In this document: piece after piece, positions 9,555-19,896 of the stretch | Layout: each line of letters starts with the position of its first letter | Numbering within the stretch: the first letter of the stretch is position 1 | Source: a virus | Strand: one strand, 5' to 3' | DNA length: 64,000 nt | IMG/VR virus record: IMGVR_UViG_3300019124_000038 | Span: 32,001 to 96,000 of that record | Translations under genes and position numbers: made by a program | The notes under the pieces: generated by a model | Databases searched by the model: none | Told to the model about the DNA's origin: nothing | The model's input: the letters and a program-made list of their open reading frames with translations, nothing else

Positions 9555-12500
9555 ATGACTAATTCAAGGTTTCTGATGTACGAGAGTACCAATGATCGGT
9601 TCACAAAGACGATGACTGACTACGGGCAAATCGTGCAGATCATTTCTGAGCAATACATTAATGTTAATATTCAAGGTGCTCGGGATGCGAACGGAGAAAT
9701 GGTCATTCTCGAACAAGTTGCCGTTGCTGGTGACTATGTTCCTAAGCTCGGAGACTGGGTAGGAATCGAGTGGAGAAATGGTCAGCCTGTAGCTATTGGA
9801 ACTAACAACACGGCGGCGGGAATCAACGATATCAACAACAATGTCAAAATCATTTCTCCGCAGGACATGACCAACAATGTCGTGAAGTCAAACCACATCC
9901 AAGCTGAATCAATTCTTGCACGTCATATTAAAGCGGGCGAGATTCAGGCAGATCACATCTCAGCCAACTCGATTGACGCTACAAAGATCAAGGCAGGGGA
10001 AATCACTTCCGTCCATATTTCAGCGAACTCAATTGATACAATGCACATCAAGGCGGACGCGGTAACTGCAACACAAATTTCTGCCAATTCTGTTGTTGCA
10101 GAAAAGATTGCGTCTGGAGCCATCACCACCGAAAAGATCGCGGCGGGAGCGATTACAGCAGTTCAAATCTCCGCAAACGCAATTGATGCAACTAGAATGA
10201 AGGTTGGAACGATTACTGCCGCTTCTGGTATCCTTGCCAGTGCTTCTGTTGGAACAGCCAACATCATCGACGGTTCAATCACGAACGCGAAGATTGGGAA
10301 CGCAGAAATCACAGGAGCTAAGATTGCAAATGCAACAATTGACACAGCACAAATCAAGGACGCGGCAATTACAAATGCCAAAATCCAAGATGTGAGTGCT
10401 GGAAAGATCACTACGGGATACCTTGACACGGCTCGTATCCAAGCTGGTTCGATTACTGGCGACTTGATCTCTGCCAACACAATTACTGGTGACAAAATTG
10501 CGGCTCGTACAATTGAGAGTGGACAGATCAAAGCTGGAGCGATTACTACTACCGAACTTGCGGCTGGTAGCGTCACCGCTGAGAAAATCAAAGCTGGCAC
10601 TATCACTGGTGAGCAGATTCATGCTGGCTCTATTTCTACCGAGCATATCTCTACGGTCGGCCTTGATGCTCGAAGCATTAAGATTTATAACGGAGATAGC
10701 GGTGAGACCCTGCTTGGTTCTGGCTACATTCGTGTGGACGGGTTCGATGTTGGGGTAGTTCAGTCAGATAACCTTGTTTCGAACGGTCTGTTTCTCATTA
10801 ATTCGAAAGATTGGGGTCTTCGACGCAAGAACATTGAGGGAGAACCTATCCTTGGACTTGGAAACTCCGCATCTGGCGGTAATACCATTTGGGCTTATGA
10901 CCTTCTTACAACCCCGCCAACACTCGTTACCGATTCTCTTCTAGCAGGGAAAAAACCAGCTTGCATTCTGATCTCGCAAGACGGGACAACTGCATATGTG
11001 TCGAATCAAGGCGACGGAACAGTATCGAAATTGAACCTCATGTCTGGCGCAGAGGTTGCTACGCTGTCAACGGGTAAAGAGCCTACAGTTATGAAGTTTA
11101 CCTCTGATGGAAGGTACATCCTTGTCTTAAACTCAGACTTGAATTCACAATCTTCACCAGACACAGTGGCGGTCATTGATACGATCACATTCACTGTCGT
11201 AAAAGAATTGATTGTAGGTTCAACTCCATTCGATATCGTTGTGAGCGGCAATACTGCATACATCTCAACAGGTATCGACGGCGATATCTACATCCTCGAA
11301 ACTGATGAGATGAAGGTTGTTGGAGCAATCCCGACTGGCAAACTTGCCTACCCAACAGGGATGGAGCTTTCAACTGACGGAGTATTCGTCTATGTGTCAC
11401 ACTCCCTTCTCGACGAAGTTGGGAAGTATGATATTAACTCTGGGGAACTCGTGACTACCGTGCCAGTAGGAGATACACCTAGCTTTATTGAGCGGCACAA
11501 TGGCAAGCTGTATGTAGCCGCATCTGGTAGCAATAAGGTCGCAGTCATTGATGAAGTGACATTCACGGTTGAAGCGTCAATTGATGCTGGCGTTAAACCA
11601 GTTGGTCTTGCTGTTAATCCGTATGCTGGTACTGCGGGTTATCTGTTTGTGGCATCTAGTGGTATCAACAAGGTACTTATCGTTGACATGGCTATCAACG
11701 CAGTTATTGGGTATCTTGATGCTGGAGCGAATGTACTGAATTTAGCGTTCAGTCCAGACTATCGCTACCTGTATATGACGAACAACGGCGACTCTAGCTT
11801 TATTTCCTTCACTTATCCCGAGGGAGATTTCATCGGTGATGCATATGTTAGTGCAGACGGTACGACAAAATACTATGGTGCGGACTACTGGATGCCAAAC
11901 CGTAGTGATCGAGTAATCGACGGTAGTGGTAATATCATTGGCGCGGCTTCTGTAGAGTTCCATATCGGTGAGCCGAAGAACAATGAGGGCGGATATGCCA
12001 AACTGCTCGTAGCTGGCGGCGTTAACCAGTATGCATACATTGAGCAGGACATCTTTGGTGTAACGAACTTTTCTGACGGCGTTTCGCCTACAGGAACTTG
12101 GTTCAAATATCATAACATTTCTGCTCAGATGATGGCGCAACAGCCAGTAGCCCCCAACATTGTCACTAAGCTGGAAGTAGATGAGCTTGTTCCGAAATTC
12201 ATCGTTGTAGAAGACACACAGACCGTTCCATTTACTCCGCTTGCGGATGGCGTGAATCAGGAGTACGAGGGTCTTGTGCTCAGTGCTATGACGAATCGTG
12301 CCCTCAATCTGCCAACAACTAGTATCACTTCATCTGACCCTGCGGCGACTGGTTTTGAAAAGCTAGTTGATGGAAGCCACTTCGACTATGAAAGTAATGT
12401 GTCTCTTGCAAGCGGAAATCAGTGGGTACAGCTTGATCTTGGTGATTTATACATGGTAAACACTGTCAAGATGTGGAGATACTACGGAGATGGTAGAACA

Positions 12501-15140
12501 TACAATGGTACAAAGGTAGAAGTGTCTACCGATGGGGTTAGTTGGACTACCGTGTATGACCAGACAATCTCTGGTGGGTATGCGGAGACACCAGAAGGTA
12601 AGACGATCATATTCCCTTCTTGCCCTGCCCGTTTCGTGAGATTTTGGTCTAATGGTAGCTCGGCGAATGAGTTCAATCATTGGGTAGAGTTGCAGGTATT
12701 CGGAGACTGGAAACTAGAGATGGCTCCAACTACGACCATTCTTGTGAATGGTGTCCCTACTCAGGCTCCGATGACCAACAATGGGACACACATCACTACG
12801 GATGTGGCACAGGCTTATGTCGAGTACAACATAGACATTGAGTTTCTGTCTGACTGGTACTATACCTATATCTCAGGCGCAGAGTATGGTACTTGCCGTC
12901 TCTATATTGACGATGCCTCTCAAAAGAGAATCGACGGCACTACAAACCTGTATATCTTCCAAAATGGCAACTCTACAATGCCACAGGCATTCCAAGGCTC
13001 CAAGCTCAAAACGGGTCGTCATAAGATTCGTATTGAGCAAAGCTCTGGTAAGATCAGTTTTGACCGTCTCAGATTCGACGACTTCCAATACTACATGAAG
13101 TCTTCAACACTATTTAATTCAGCAGACACTAACTGGAGCAGAGTGAAGCTGGTTCCAGTAAATGCGCGTGGATATGTGGGTCAAGGTCGTCAAACAACTA
13201 GTGGTGCATTTGATACTCCACGGGTTAACCCAAGAACTGGTCAGCCAGATGGTAGCGTTGAAATCAAGTACCGAGTTCGGGTTCGCACCGATCTTATCGG
13301 AGGTGGCACGGCAGTTGCAGGAGTCACCTATGTAACAGGAGTTATCTGTGAAACAGGCAAGCTCCATACGCACTGGAGAAAGTCGCAGTCCTTTGAACGA
13401 TTCCCAAGCGAAATGCTCGAAGAATGGAGCGACAATAAGCCATTTAGTTCGGGTATTCAGACGAAGCATATCGCAGATGGCGCGGTGTTGGGCACAAAGA
13501 TCAAGTCTCAATCTCTGATGGATTGGCACATTAACCCATATGCTAAAATTGCAGAGTTCAAACTTGACCTTAGCTACCCAACACACCCGCACGAAAACAA
13601 GGAAGCTCTTGACTTAATCCTTGGGTTCAGCGGCAATGGGGTCTCGAACTACATGGCACGGGCAGACCATGATCATAACAACCTGTACTACACGAAGATT
13701 GAAATTGACCAGCGTTTAGGGAATGGAGCTGGCGGGTCAGGAGATATCTTAGCTTCTGGTAATAACATCTTCTATGGCACAAACACCTTCATGCAGACTG
13801 TTACGATGATGGGTGATCTCAATGTCAGCGGTAACATCAACTATCACGGAAGTAGCGCGATTATTGGAGACCAATCTATAACTGGTAGCTTAACGGTTGG
13901 TGGGGCTCTAATCCTAAATCAACAAGCTACAATGGAAAACCATGCGGTTCGCGCAGATCGTCGAGTTAATGCTGGAGCTGGCTTAACTGGCGGCGGTAAC
14001 TTGACCACAGATGTGACTCTCTCTGTGGCATTCTCTGGCAACGGTTCATCGTATATGGCTTCACACAGCGACCATAATCACGATAACTGGTATGTTCGAA
14101 CAGATAGAGAGAACCAGACTGTTAAAAATGGACTTACCATGACAAATGGAACAATGTACCTCGGCACAAACAGCTCTGGCAATAGCGGATCACTTGTTCT
14201 GAGAAACAACTTGGGGCTTACATCCATTCAGATTGATGGTGCTGGAAGTGGAATGATCTCTGGTGTGAAATCCTATATTGGAGCTGATGGATCGGCTAAA
14301 TTCGCTTCGATTGTGCAAGTCGGAAGCCTAAAAGTCGATGATTCGACTCTTGTGCAAAAACTGAACGCTCAATTCTTGAACGGTAAAAGGGATACCGATT
14401 TTGTTGATACTCTGTCAATTGTAGAGAACTTGGGGTCAGGTGTGCTTAATGGTCTTGTTATGACACAGACTGCTCCAACACCGACTAACGCTGTGACGAT
14501 CAGTGCAGGTGTTGTGTATACAAAATCGGGTCGTCGCGTATCCATCCCACAGCAGAATGTCACAATTCCTGCGGCAAGTGCGGTTGGAGACCGATATGAT
14601 TATGTATACATTTCTGGTTCATCTGACCCGCTCGGAGATGGTGTGATTAGAGTTCTGTCTGGTGCGGTAGGTGGCTCCTTCCCGACACTTCCTTCAGATG
14701 CTATTCTGCTTGGCTATGTGCATGTAAGAAAGAACAACAACACATTTACTGATGGTAAGGACGGGACACCAAAAGACATCAACAGCCAGAGATACATGAA
14801 GAGTATCTATGCCGACTCGACTGGTTCGTTCGTATCTGGAAGGCTGAAAACAGGTGAGATTACTCCTGTTACGGATGGACAGCCAATTGGCATTGGTGGT
14901 GTTCTCATGCAAAATGGAGCGTCATTTGCAGGAGAGGTTCTAATTCCAGCAGGTCAGACAGTAGTGGAAGTTGTTCATGGCTACGATTCATTGCCTGACT
15001 ACTATATCTTCTTATCCTGCAATTCTCCACATCGGCATGTGTACTGGAACAAGACCGATGTTGACAGGTTTGAAATCTGTCTTGATGATGCATATGACTA
15101 TCCTGTTACTGTCAACTGGTTCATTGTAGGAACGGCATAA
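9555..15140 (+). CDS. Large tail fibre/spike, receptor-binding protein (I-x-A-x-x-I repeats, YVTN-type beta-propeller, discoidin, HxH fibre motifs)
   Basis: Long run of [IV].A..I[TD]A..I repeats; YVTN-like repeats (AYVSNQGDGTVS, LYVAASGSNKVAVID); discoidin WVQLDLG...EVSTDG..W; DHDH/DHNH motifs. Confidence 0.75.
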   Translation: MTNSRFLMYESTNDRFTKTMTDYGQIVQIISEQYINVNIQGARDANGEMVILEQVAVAGDYVPKLGDWVGIEWRNGQPVAIGTNNTAAGINDINNNVKIISPQDMTNNVVKSNHIQAESILARHIKAGEIQADHISANSIDATKIKAGEITSVHISANSIDTMHIKADAVTATQISANSVVAEKIASGAITTEKIAAGAITAVQISANAIDATRMKVGTITAASGILASASVGTANIIDGSITNAKIGNAEITGAKIANATIDTAQIKDAAITNAKIQDVSAGKITTGYLDTARIQAGSITGDLISANTITGDKIAARTIESGQIKAGAITTTELAAGSVTAEKIKAGTITGEQIHAGSISTEHISTVGLDARSIKIYNGDSGETLLGSGYIRVDGFDVGVVQSDNLVSNGLFLINSKDWGLRRKNIEGEPILGLGNSASGGNTIWAYDLLTTPPTLVTDSLLAGKKPACILISQDGTTAYVSNQGDGTVSKLNLMSGAEVATLSTGKEPTVMKFTSDGRYILVLNSDLNSQSSPDTVAVIDTITFTVVKELIVGSTPFDIVVSGNTAYISTGIDGDIYILETDEMKVVGAIPTGKLAYPTGMELSTDGVFVYVSHSLLDEVGKYDINSGELVTTVPVGDTPSFIERHNGKLYVAASGSNKVAVIDEVTFTVEASIDAGVKPVGLAVNPYAGTAGYLFVASSGINKVLIVDMAINAVIGYLDAGANVLNLAFSPDYRYLYMTNNGDSSFISFTYPEGDFIGDAYVSADGTTKYYGADYWMPNRSDRVIDGSGNIIGAASVEFHIGEPKNNEGGYAKLLVAGGVNQYAYIEQDIFGVTNFSDGVSPTGTWFKYHNISAQMMAQQPVAPNIVTKLEVDELVPKFIVVEDTQTVPFTPLADGVNQEYEGLVLSAMTNRALNLPTTSITSSDPAATGFEKLVDGSHFDYESNVSLASGNQWVQLDLGDLYMVNTVKMWRYYGDGRTYNGTKVEVSTDGVSWTTVYDQTISGGYAETPEGKTIIFPSCPARFVRFWSNGSSANEFNHWVELQVFGDWKLEMAPTTTILVNGVPTQAPMTNNGTHITTDVAQAYVEYNIDIEFLSDWYYTYISGAEYGTCRLYIDDASQKRIDGTTNLYIFQNGNSTMPQAFQGSKLKTGRHKIRIEQSSGKISFDRLRFDDFQYYMKSSTLFNSADTNWSRVKLVPVNARGYVGQGRQTTSGAFDTPRVNPRTGQPDGSVEIKYRVRVRTDLIGGGTAVAGVTYVTGVICETGKLHTHWRKSQSFERFPSEMLEEWSDNKPFSSGIQTKHIADGAVLGTKIKSQSLMDWHINPYAKIAEFKLDLSYPTHPHENKEALDLILGFSGNGVSNYMARADHDHNNLYYTKIEIDQRLGNGAGGSGDILASGNNIFYGTNTFMQTVTMMGDLNVSGNINYHGSSAIIGDQSITGSLTVGGALILNQQATMENHAVRADRRVNAGAGLTGGGNLTTDVTLSVAFSGNGSSYMASHSDHNHDNWYVRTDRENQTVKNGLTMTNGTMYLGTNSSGNSGSLVLRNNLGLTSIQIDGAGSGMISGVKSYIGADGSAKFASIVQVGSLKVDDSTLVQKLNAQFLNGKRDTDFVDTLSIVENLGSGVLNGLVMTQTAPTPTNAVTISAGVVYTKSGRRVSIPQQNVTIPAASAVGDRYDYVYISGSSDPLGDGVIRVLSGAVGGSFPTLPSDAILLGYVHVRKNNNTFTDGKDGTPKDINSQRYMKSIYADSTGSFVSGRLKTGEITPVTDGQPIGIGGVLMQNGASFAGEVLIPAGQTVVEVVHGYDSLPDYYIFLSCNSPHRHVYWNKTDVDRFEICLDDAYDYPVTVNWFIVGTA

Positions 15141-15158
15141 GCGCATCAACACACAATG

Positions 15159-15197
15159 ACCTCGCAGTATATGTAAGTACTGCGGGGTTTTCTTTTT
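15159..15197 (+). terminator. Rho-independent terminator
   Basis: Stem ACCTCGCAGTA/TACTGCGGGGT followed by T-run. Confidence 0.7.
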
Positions 15198-15211
15198 AAG
15201 GAGGGGACACA

Positions 15212-15955
15212 ATGTCCAATGCACATAAGGTAAGTTTGTTGCCTTTGAAGAATCAACTGGTAGGAGTGCCTTTTGATTCGTTTCATCTTTGTGTGGATGA
15301 AAACTCATTCGGAATTCAGTATGGAGACATGGTACTACCGTCTGTTCAAAGTGGAGTCACAATTACAAACGGTAGGTTCTGGATGGCAACACGTATACCG
15401 CAGAACAGTCAATTATTCTACCCCACCTCGATTCTCAATCCAAATGGCTCAACTATTTCTGGTTGGTTCATGTGTCCACAAATTCACCAATCATCTAGTG
15501 GAAACATGGGGATTCAAGGCAACTGGTATCTTCCAATTATTGAGATTGCGCCTACGGAAAACAAAGGGACAGTCGGATACTTGTCGATTATGGTAGAGCC
15601 TGATGCCGCTGGTTATTCACGAAGAGTAGTGCTTGCTTTGCCAAACAATACCTCATATACAACAGGAAAGCAAATTGAAAACAACACATGGTATCACTTC
15701 GCTATTGTATTTAATAAAGATCAATACATCTTGTACATCAATGGGAAAGTAGAACACGCTATCGCCAATTGTTCTGCTGTTAGCCTATCGACCTCTATGC
15801 TTATGATCGGTGGTGGATATAGGGGTCAACCTAATATCGTAATGGATGAAATTCTAGTGGATAGATTCATGAGAACAAGTGACGAGATTGAAATGTTCTA
15901 CAATGCTAATCAGCCGTTCTACAACCCATATGACTATAGGATTTACGCATACTAA
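15212..15955 (+). CDS. LamG/concanavalin A-like tail-associated protein
   Basis: TISGWF...WYHFAIV...LYING...MDEI motif set of LamG domains. Confidence 0.7.
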   Translation: MSNAHKVSLLPLKNQLVGVPFDSFHLCVDENSFGIQYGDMVLPSVQSGVTITNGRFWMATRIPQNSQLFYPTSILNPNGSTISGWFMCPQIHQSSSGNMGIQGNWYLPIIEIAPTENKGTVGYLSIMVEPDAAGYSRRVVLALPNNTSYTTGKQIENNTWYHFAIVFNKDQYILYINGKVEHAIANCSAVSLSTSMLMIGGGYRGQPNIVMDEILVDRFMRTSDEIEMFYNANQPFYNPYDYRIYAY

Positions 15956-15974
15956 CGGAAAGGATGGATGATAC

Positions 15975-18900
15975 ATGTCACAGGCACATAAAGGCAGTCA
16001 TCTTTTACTCAAAAATGTTGTGGTGGGTGTTGACAACTACACATCATTTTTGGCTCACTACGACATTACGGAGTATGATGTATTGCGCGGTATTACGCCT
16101 TTGTCTGGAAACTATGTTCTGTTCCCGTATGAGGGAAAATTCGGTGGTGGTATTTCTCTGGAAGCGGCTACAACGAATCTGCTTGCTGGCGGGATCACAT
16201 CTGTAGGCGTTACTTCTGGAAACAACTACACATTCAGTGTATACAGTACACCATCCTCAAACTCGTCTACAATCGAAGGGTTCATGTTCAACTCATCTAC
16301 GAACTCTTTCTCTGGTACAAAAACTGGCGTAACTGTAGCCAATGCGAAGCTGATTCAGCAACGATCTGGCGTAGACTTTTCTCAGATTTTATCAGCTAAC
16401 GCGGCAGGAACAACAGTTGAAAATACTGCCGTAAGCGGCTCCACAATTGTACTCGATAGGGGTACAAATCTGTCGCAGTCATATGGAGCAGGAACATGGG
16501 ACGGGACAATGAATGATCTAACTGGCTCTGGTCCACTTGCGCTTCAAAAAGAGGGATTAGACCTAACAATTGTTCAGACAGATTTAAATAGTGGATTCGG
16601 TAGCGGAACCTTGACCGACGCTGTTGTCTCTACTGATAGAGTTACATTGGCAAAACAGGGTACTAATGTAAGCAAAATTGCTGATCTTCAAGCCGATTGG
16701 CAAGCTGGTTCTCTCGTTGGCATGGATGCCACGTCAACACCAAATAGCATTAAGCTGTCTAGCGCAACTCGTAGCGGATGGCAGTCAACTCTTGGAGCGT
16801 GGGGATATCGTAAGCCGATTTCTCTCCAGAATATCACAGCCTACAGCAAAAACGGAGAACCAGTTCGTCTCACGATCAGTTCTTCGAGCATCAAGGCTGG
16901 CGGGGCAGATATCCGTGTCGTAGACAACTCAGGTAACATCATTTCTCATCGTATTGTTTCCGCTAACGACGCAACAAAAAACTATACGATTCAGTTTGAG
17001 ACACGAACTATTCCTGCCAATAGTGTGGTAACATACTATGTCTATTATGGAAATGCCAATGCAACTTCCACAAGCGTAACTAATATGGAAACCAACTACG
17101 AGCCCATTACTACATTTAGCAGTTCTGGAGGCGCAGTTCATTCGCACTACTCTATCTGGAGGAACAACAACTACTACGAAACCTACAATGCAAATGGAGT
17201 CACTTTAATTGGTAGTTCTGATGACTCGGCGTACAACACTGTGGCGAACTTCCTATTCCCATATTGGAACGGAACTTCATTAGTGACAATTAACACTCTG
17301 ATTGGCTCTACAAATGGTCGTATGCACATGACTTCGAACGGTGCGTCGGCAACCGCTCTACCGTATAATGACACAGTAAACAACTATTACTTCGTAGGTC
17401 TCATCAATCTCGACCAAGTAGGTGCTGTTTATGCTGGTGCTGTGCCAGCTCAGGGGAATCAAACTGCTGGATGGAAAGTCTCTCATAACGCACATGACTA
17501 CAATGATACAACATATCGTCCAGCTTCCACGGTTGTTTTCCCATCTGGTCGTATTCAAATCAGCATTACGCTTGGCAGATCATACACAAATGGTTCTTCT
17601 GGCGGCGGGGTAGGATTGAAACTTGGGAATGCGAACTGGCTAACATGGAACTATAATCACGGAGATTGCTATGTGGCTATTCTTGAACCAGTGATCCAGT
17701 CCCAAGGGGCAGAAGAATCGTCTATCGCTTATACGACTAGTGGTGCTTGGATTTCTCCTGTGTGGGATGTTAGTGCAACCGTATTGCCAATTAGCTCATT
17801 GTATAGCGTAACCACAACCTCTCTTCCTGCTGGTACATCAATTACATTGGATGTAAAAACATCTCCAAACAACATCACTTGGACGGATTGGATTAGAGCA
17901 TCTGCCAATAATGTTCCATATGATAAGTACATCCAAGTACGATTGAATGTTACTGGAGACGGAACTTCTACGCCAGTGATTGATAAACTGATGGTTAGTT
18001 ACACAGCAGGATACTATGCATCGGGCACTTTCCTATCTGCTCCAATTGATCTATCGACAGTAGTAAAATCAAATGGAGTTGCAACAACATTATGGGGAGG
18101 AAGTTTGCCAACTGGCACATCTATTGTGGTCGAATATTCTATCGCACTAGATGGGGCTAACTATGGAGCGTGGAAGCCAATTGTCGGCACGACTTCCATC
18201 ACAGAGATTGCAAAGGGTACAAATCTAACTATTGCGAAGATCAAGTATCGCGTAACATTGAATGCAAATTCAGATCGGACTTCAACTCCTACCTTCTCTG
18301 ATATCACATTCAATGTTGGTACTGCTTACAAGACAACTGGGACATGGGTCAGCGCACCATTGAGTCTTAACGCAGTTAAGTGGATTGCCGAATCGTCTGT
18401 ATCGTTCAGTGGGTCTACACCAGCCAGCACAGCAGTCATTGTAGAAACAAGCGTAGATGGCGGAGCAACATGGCAAACAGCAACAAGCGGGAATGCAATC
18501 AGTAATATTCCTGCAAATGGGTCAGGGAATACCGTGTCGGTGCGCGTGTCATTATCCACAACTGACATTGCCATCACTCCAATTATGGCAAATCTTACGC
18601 TGACCGTAGCGGCTCGTTATGCTCCTATTGGCTCGGTTGTATTTGCTCCTATGGATATTAGCTCTGTTCAATGGGCGTACAATTCAACAATCACATGGGT
18701 TAATAATGTTCCATCTGGAACAGCAGTAACGGTTTCTGGTCAGCTTTCAACGGATGGTGGATCAACTTATGGTGAATGGCAGGTACTTACTTCTGGATTG
18801 CCGTTCCTTGGTATCGTCAATAGGTTTGACGCTACCAACGCGAGAGTTAAGTTTAAAGTAGACCTTACTCCAAGCACAGATGGATCAGTAACACCTTCGC

Positions 18901-19850
18901 TTTCAACAGTTTCAACAAGTATTTACTCTGGGTATATTCCTACTGGCTCATACCAGACTGACCCGATCACTGTTACTGTTAAGGGCGATACTGTAAGTCT
19001 TGTTGCTTTGGCAAATCCAGTTGTTTCAAATTCCACAGCTACTCAACCATCTGCAATGTTCTACTACTCAAAGAACAATGAGGAATGGGTGCAAGTTGCG
19101 TCTGGTAGTGAAATTCCGCTTGCTGTAGGAGATACCATCAAGTTAAAGGTTGATGTTGACGCTGGTTCTCATATTAACAACTACATGAGTGTAGATTATA
19201 TTCGTATTGATACTAAGCTCGTCGGAGCATACCCAAACAGAAAAACAATGACATTCAAACCTTACCCACAAACTAGCCCGCTGAAATTCGTCAAGAATGG
19301 AACATTCAACTGGCAGTTGGAGAGTGGCACTTTGTCTACTGGGTATTCCGATAGTACAAGACCAGAGGGGAAAATCTCTTACCCAACAGATGGGGTTCTT
19401 AGTACGCAAGCTGGTACAATTTCACTTTGGTTTAAGCCAAGCGGAAGCTCTTCAGACGGAACGCTCTTCTATGTAAACTCAAATGTGTATCAGATGACAT
19501 ATGAGAGCGGAGGAGTAAAAATGAACGATACTACAGTATCGACAGAGATCACGCCTAATGGGTGGTACAATGTCGTCTATAGGTGGGATGTTTCAGCTAG
19601 TGACAAACAATATCTCTTCCTATTCGACGAGAACGGAGATATCATAGGAGCAGATAGTTCATCACTGACTCCTCCAGCGTTAACAAATTACACACAGTTT
19701 TTTGTTGGTAGCAACGGCATCCTTGCTGGCAATGTCATGATTGATGAACTCCGTATTGATCTGATCGCTCGGACAGACGAAGAGATCGAGTCATGGGCAT
19801 ATTGCGGGAATCCATTTTACCCAAGAGGAGTCTTCGGGGCGGCATACTAA
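15975..19850 (+). CDS. Large tail-associated adhesin/fibre: DUF2341-like domain, Ig-like repeats, C-terminal LamG
   Basis: WGYRKPISL...GADIRVVD...YYVYYGN (DUF2341-like); five Y..SG.W.S.P.D repeats; GTISLWFKP...IDELRI LamG. Confidence 0.65.
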   Translation: MSQAHKGSHLLLKNVVVGVDNYTSFLAHYDITEYDVLRGITPLSGNYVLFPYEGKFGGGISLEAATTNLLAGGITSVGVTSGNNYTFSVYSTPSSNSSTIEGFMFNSSTNSFSGTKTGVTVANAKLIQQRSGVDFSQILSANAAGTTVENTAVSGSTIVLDRGTNLSQSYGAGTWDGTMNDLTGSGPLALQKEGLDLTIVQTDLNSGFGSGTLTDAVVSTDRVTLAKQGTNVSKIADLQADWQAGSLVGMDATSTPNSIKLSSATRSGWQSTLGAWGYRKPISLQNITAYSKNGEPVRLTISSSSIKAGGADIRVVDNSGNIISHRIVSANDATKNYTIQFETRTIPANSVVTYYVYYGNANATSTSVTNMETNYEPITTFSSSGGAVHSHYSIWRNNNYYETYNANGVTLIGSSDDSAYNTVANFLFPYWNGTSLVTINTLIGSTNGRMHMTSNGASATALPYNDTVNNYYFVGLINLDQVGAVYAGAVPAQGNQTAGWKVSHNAHDYNDTTYRPASTVVFPSGRIQISITLGRSYTNGSSGGGVGLKLGNANWLTWNYNHGDCYVAILEPVIQSQGAEESSIAYTTSGAWISPVWDVSATVLPISSLYSVTTTSLPAGTSITLDVKTSPNNITWTDWIRASANNVPYDKYIQVRLNVTGDGTSTPVIDKLMVSYTAGYYASGTFLSAPIDLSTVVKSNGVATTLWGGSLPTGTSIVVEYSIALDGANYGAWKPIVGTTSITEIAKGTNLTIAKIKYRVTLNANSDRTSTPTFSDITFNVGTAYKTTGTWVSAPLSLNAVKWIAESSVSFSGSTPASTAVIVETSVDGGATWQTATSGNAISNIPANGSGNTVSVRVSLSTTDIAITPIMANLTLTVAARYAPIGSVVFAPMDISSVQWAYNSTITWVNNVPSGTAVTVSGQLSTDGGSTYGEWQVLTSGLPFLGIVNRFDATNARVKFKVDLTPSTDGSVTPSLSTVSTSIYSGYIPTGSYQTDPITVTVKGDTVSLVALANPVVSNSTATQPSAMFYYSKNNEEWVQVASGSEIPLAVGDTIKLKVDVDAGSHINNYMSVDYIRIDTKLVGAYPNRKTMTFKPYPQTSPLKFVKNGTFNWQLESGTLSTGYSDSTRPEGKISYPTDGVLSTQAGTISLWFKPSGSSSDGTLFYVNSNVYQMTYESGGVKMNDTTVSTEITPNGWYNVVYRWDVSASDKQYLFLFDENGDIIGADSSSLTPPALTNYTQFFVGSNGILAGNVMIDELRIDLIARTDEEIESWAYCGNPFYPRGVFGAAY

Positions 19851-19862
19851 TTGCCGCCCTTT
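19837..19862 (+). terminator. Probable terminator hairpin
   Basis: GGGCGGCA-tactaat-TGCCGCCC followed by TTT. Confidence 0.5.
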
Positions 19863-19896
19863 GAAGTATAAGTAGGGTACAAAGGAGGTCGAGATA

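Noticed and set aside
9860-10680. DNA tandem repeat or DGR-like element in the fibre gene
   Set aside because: The repeats are degenerate at DNA level and reflect protein periodicity; no reverse transcriptase or template/variable repeat pair seen.
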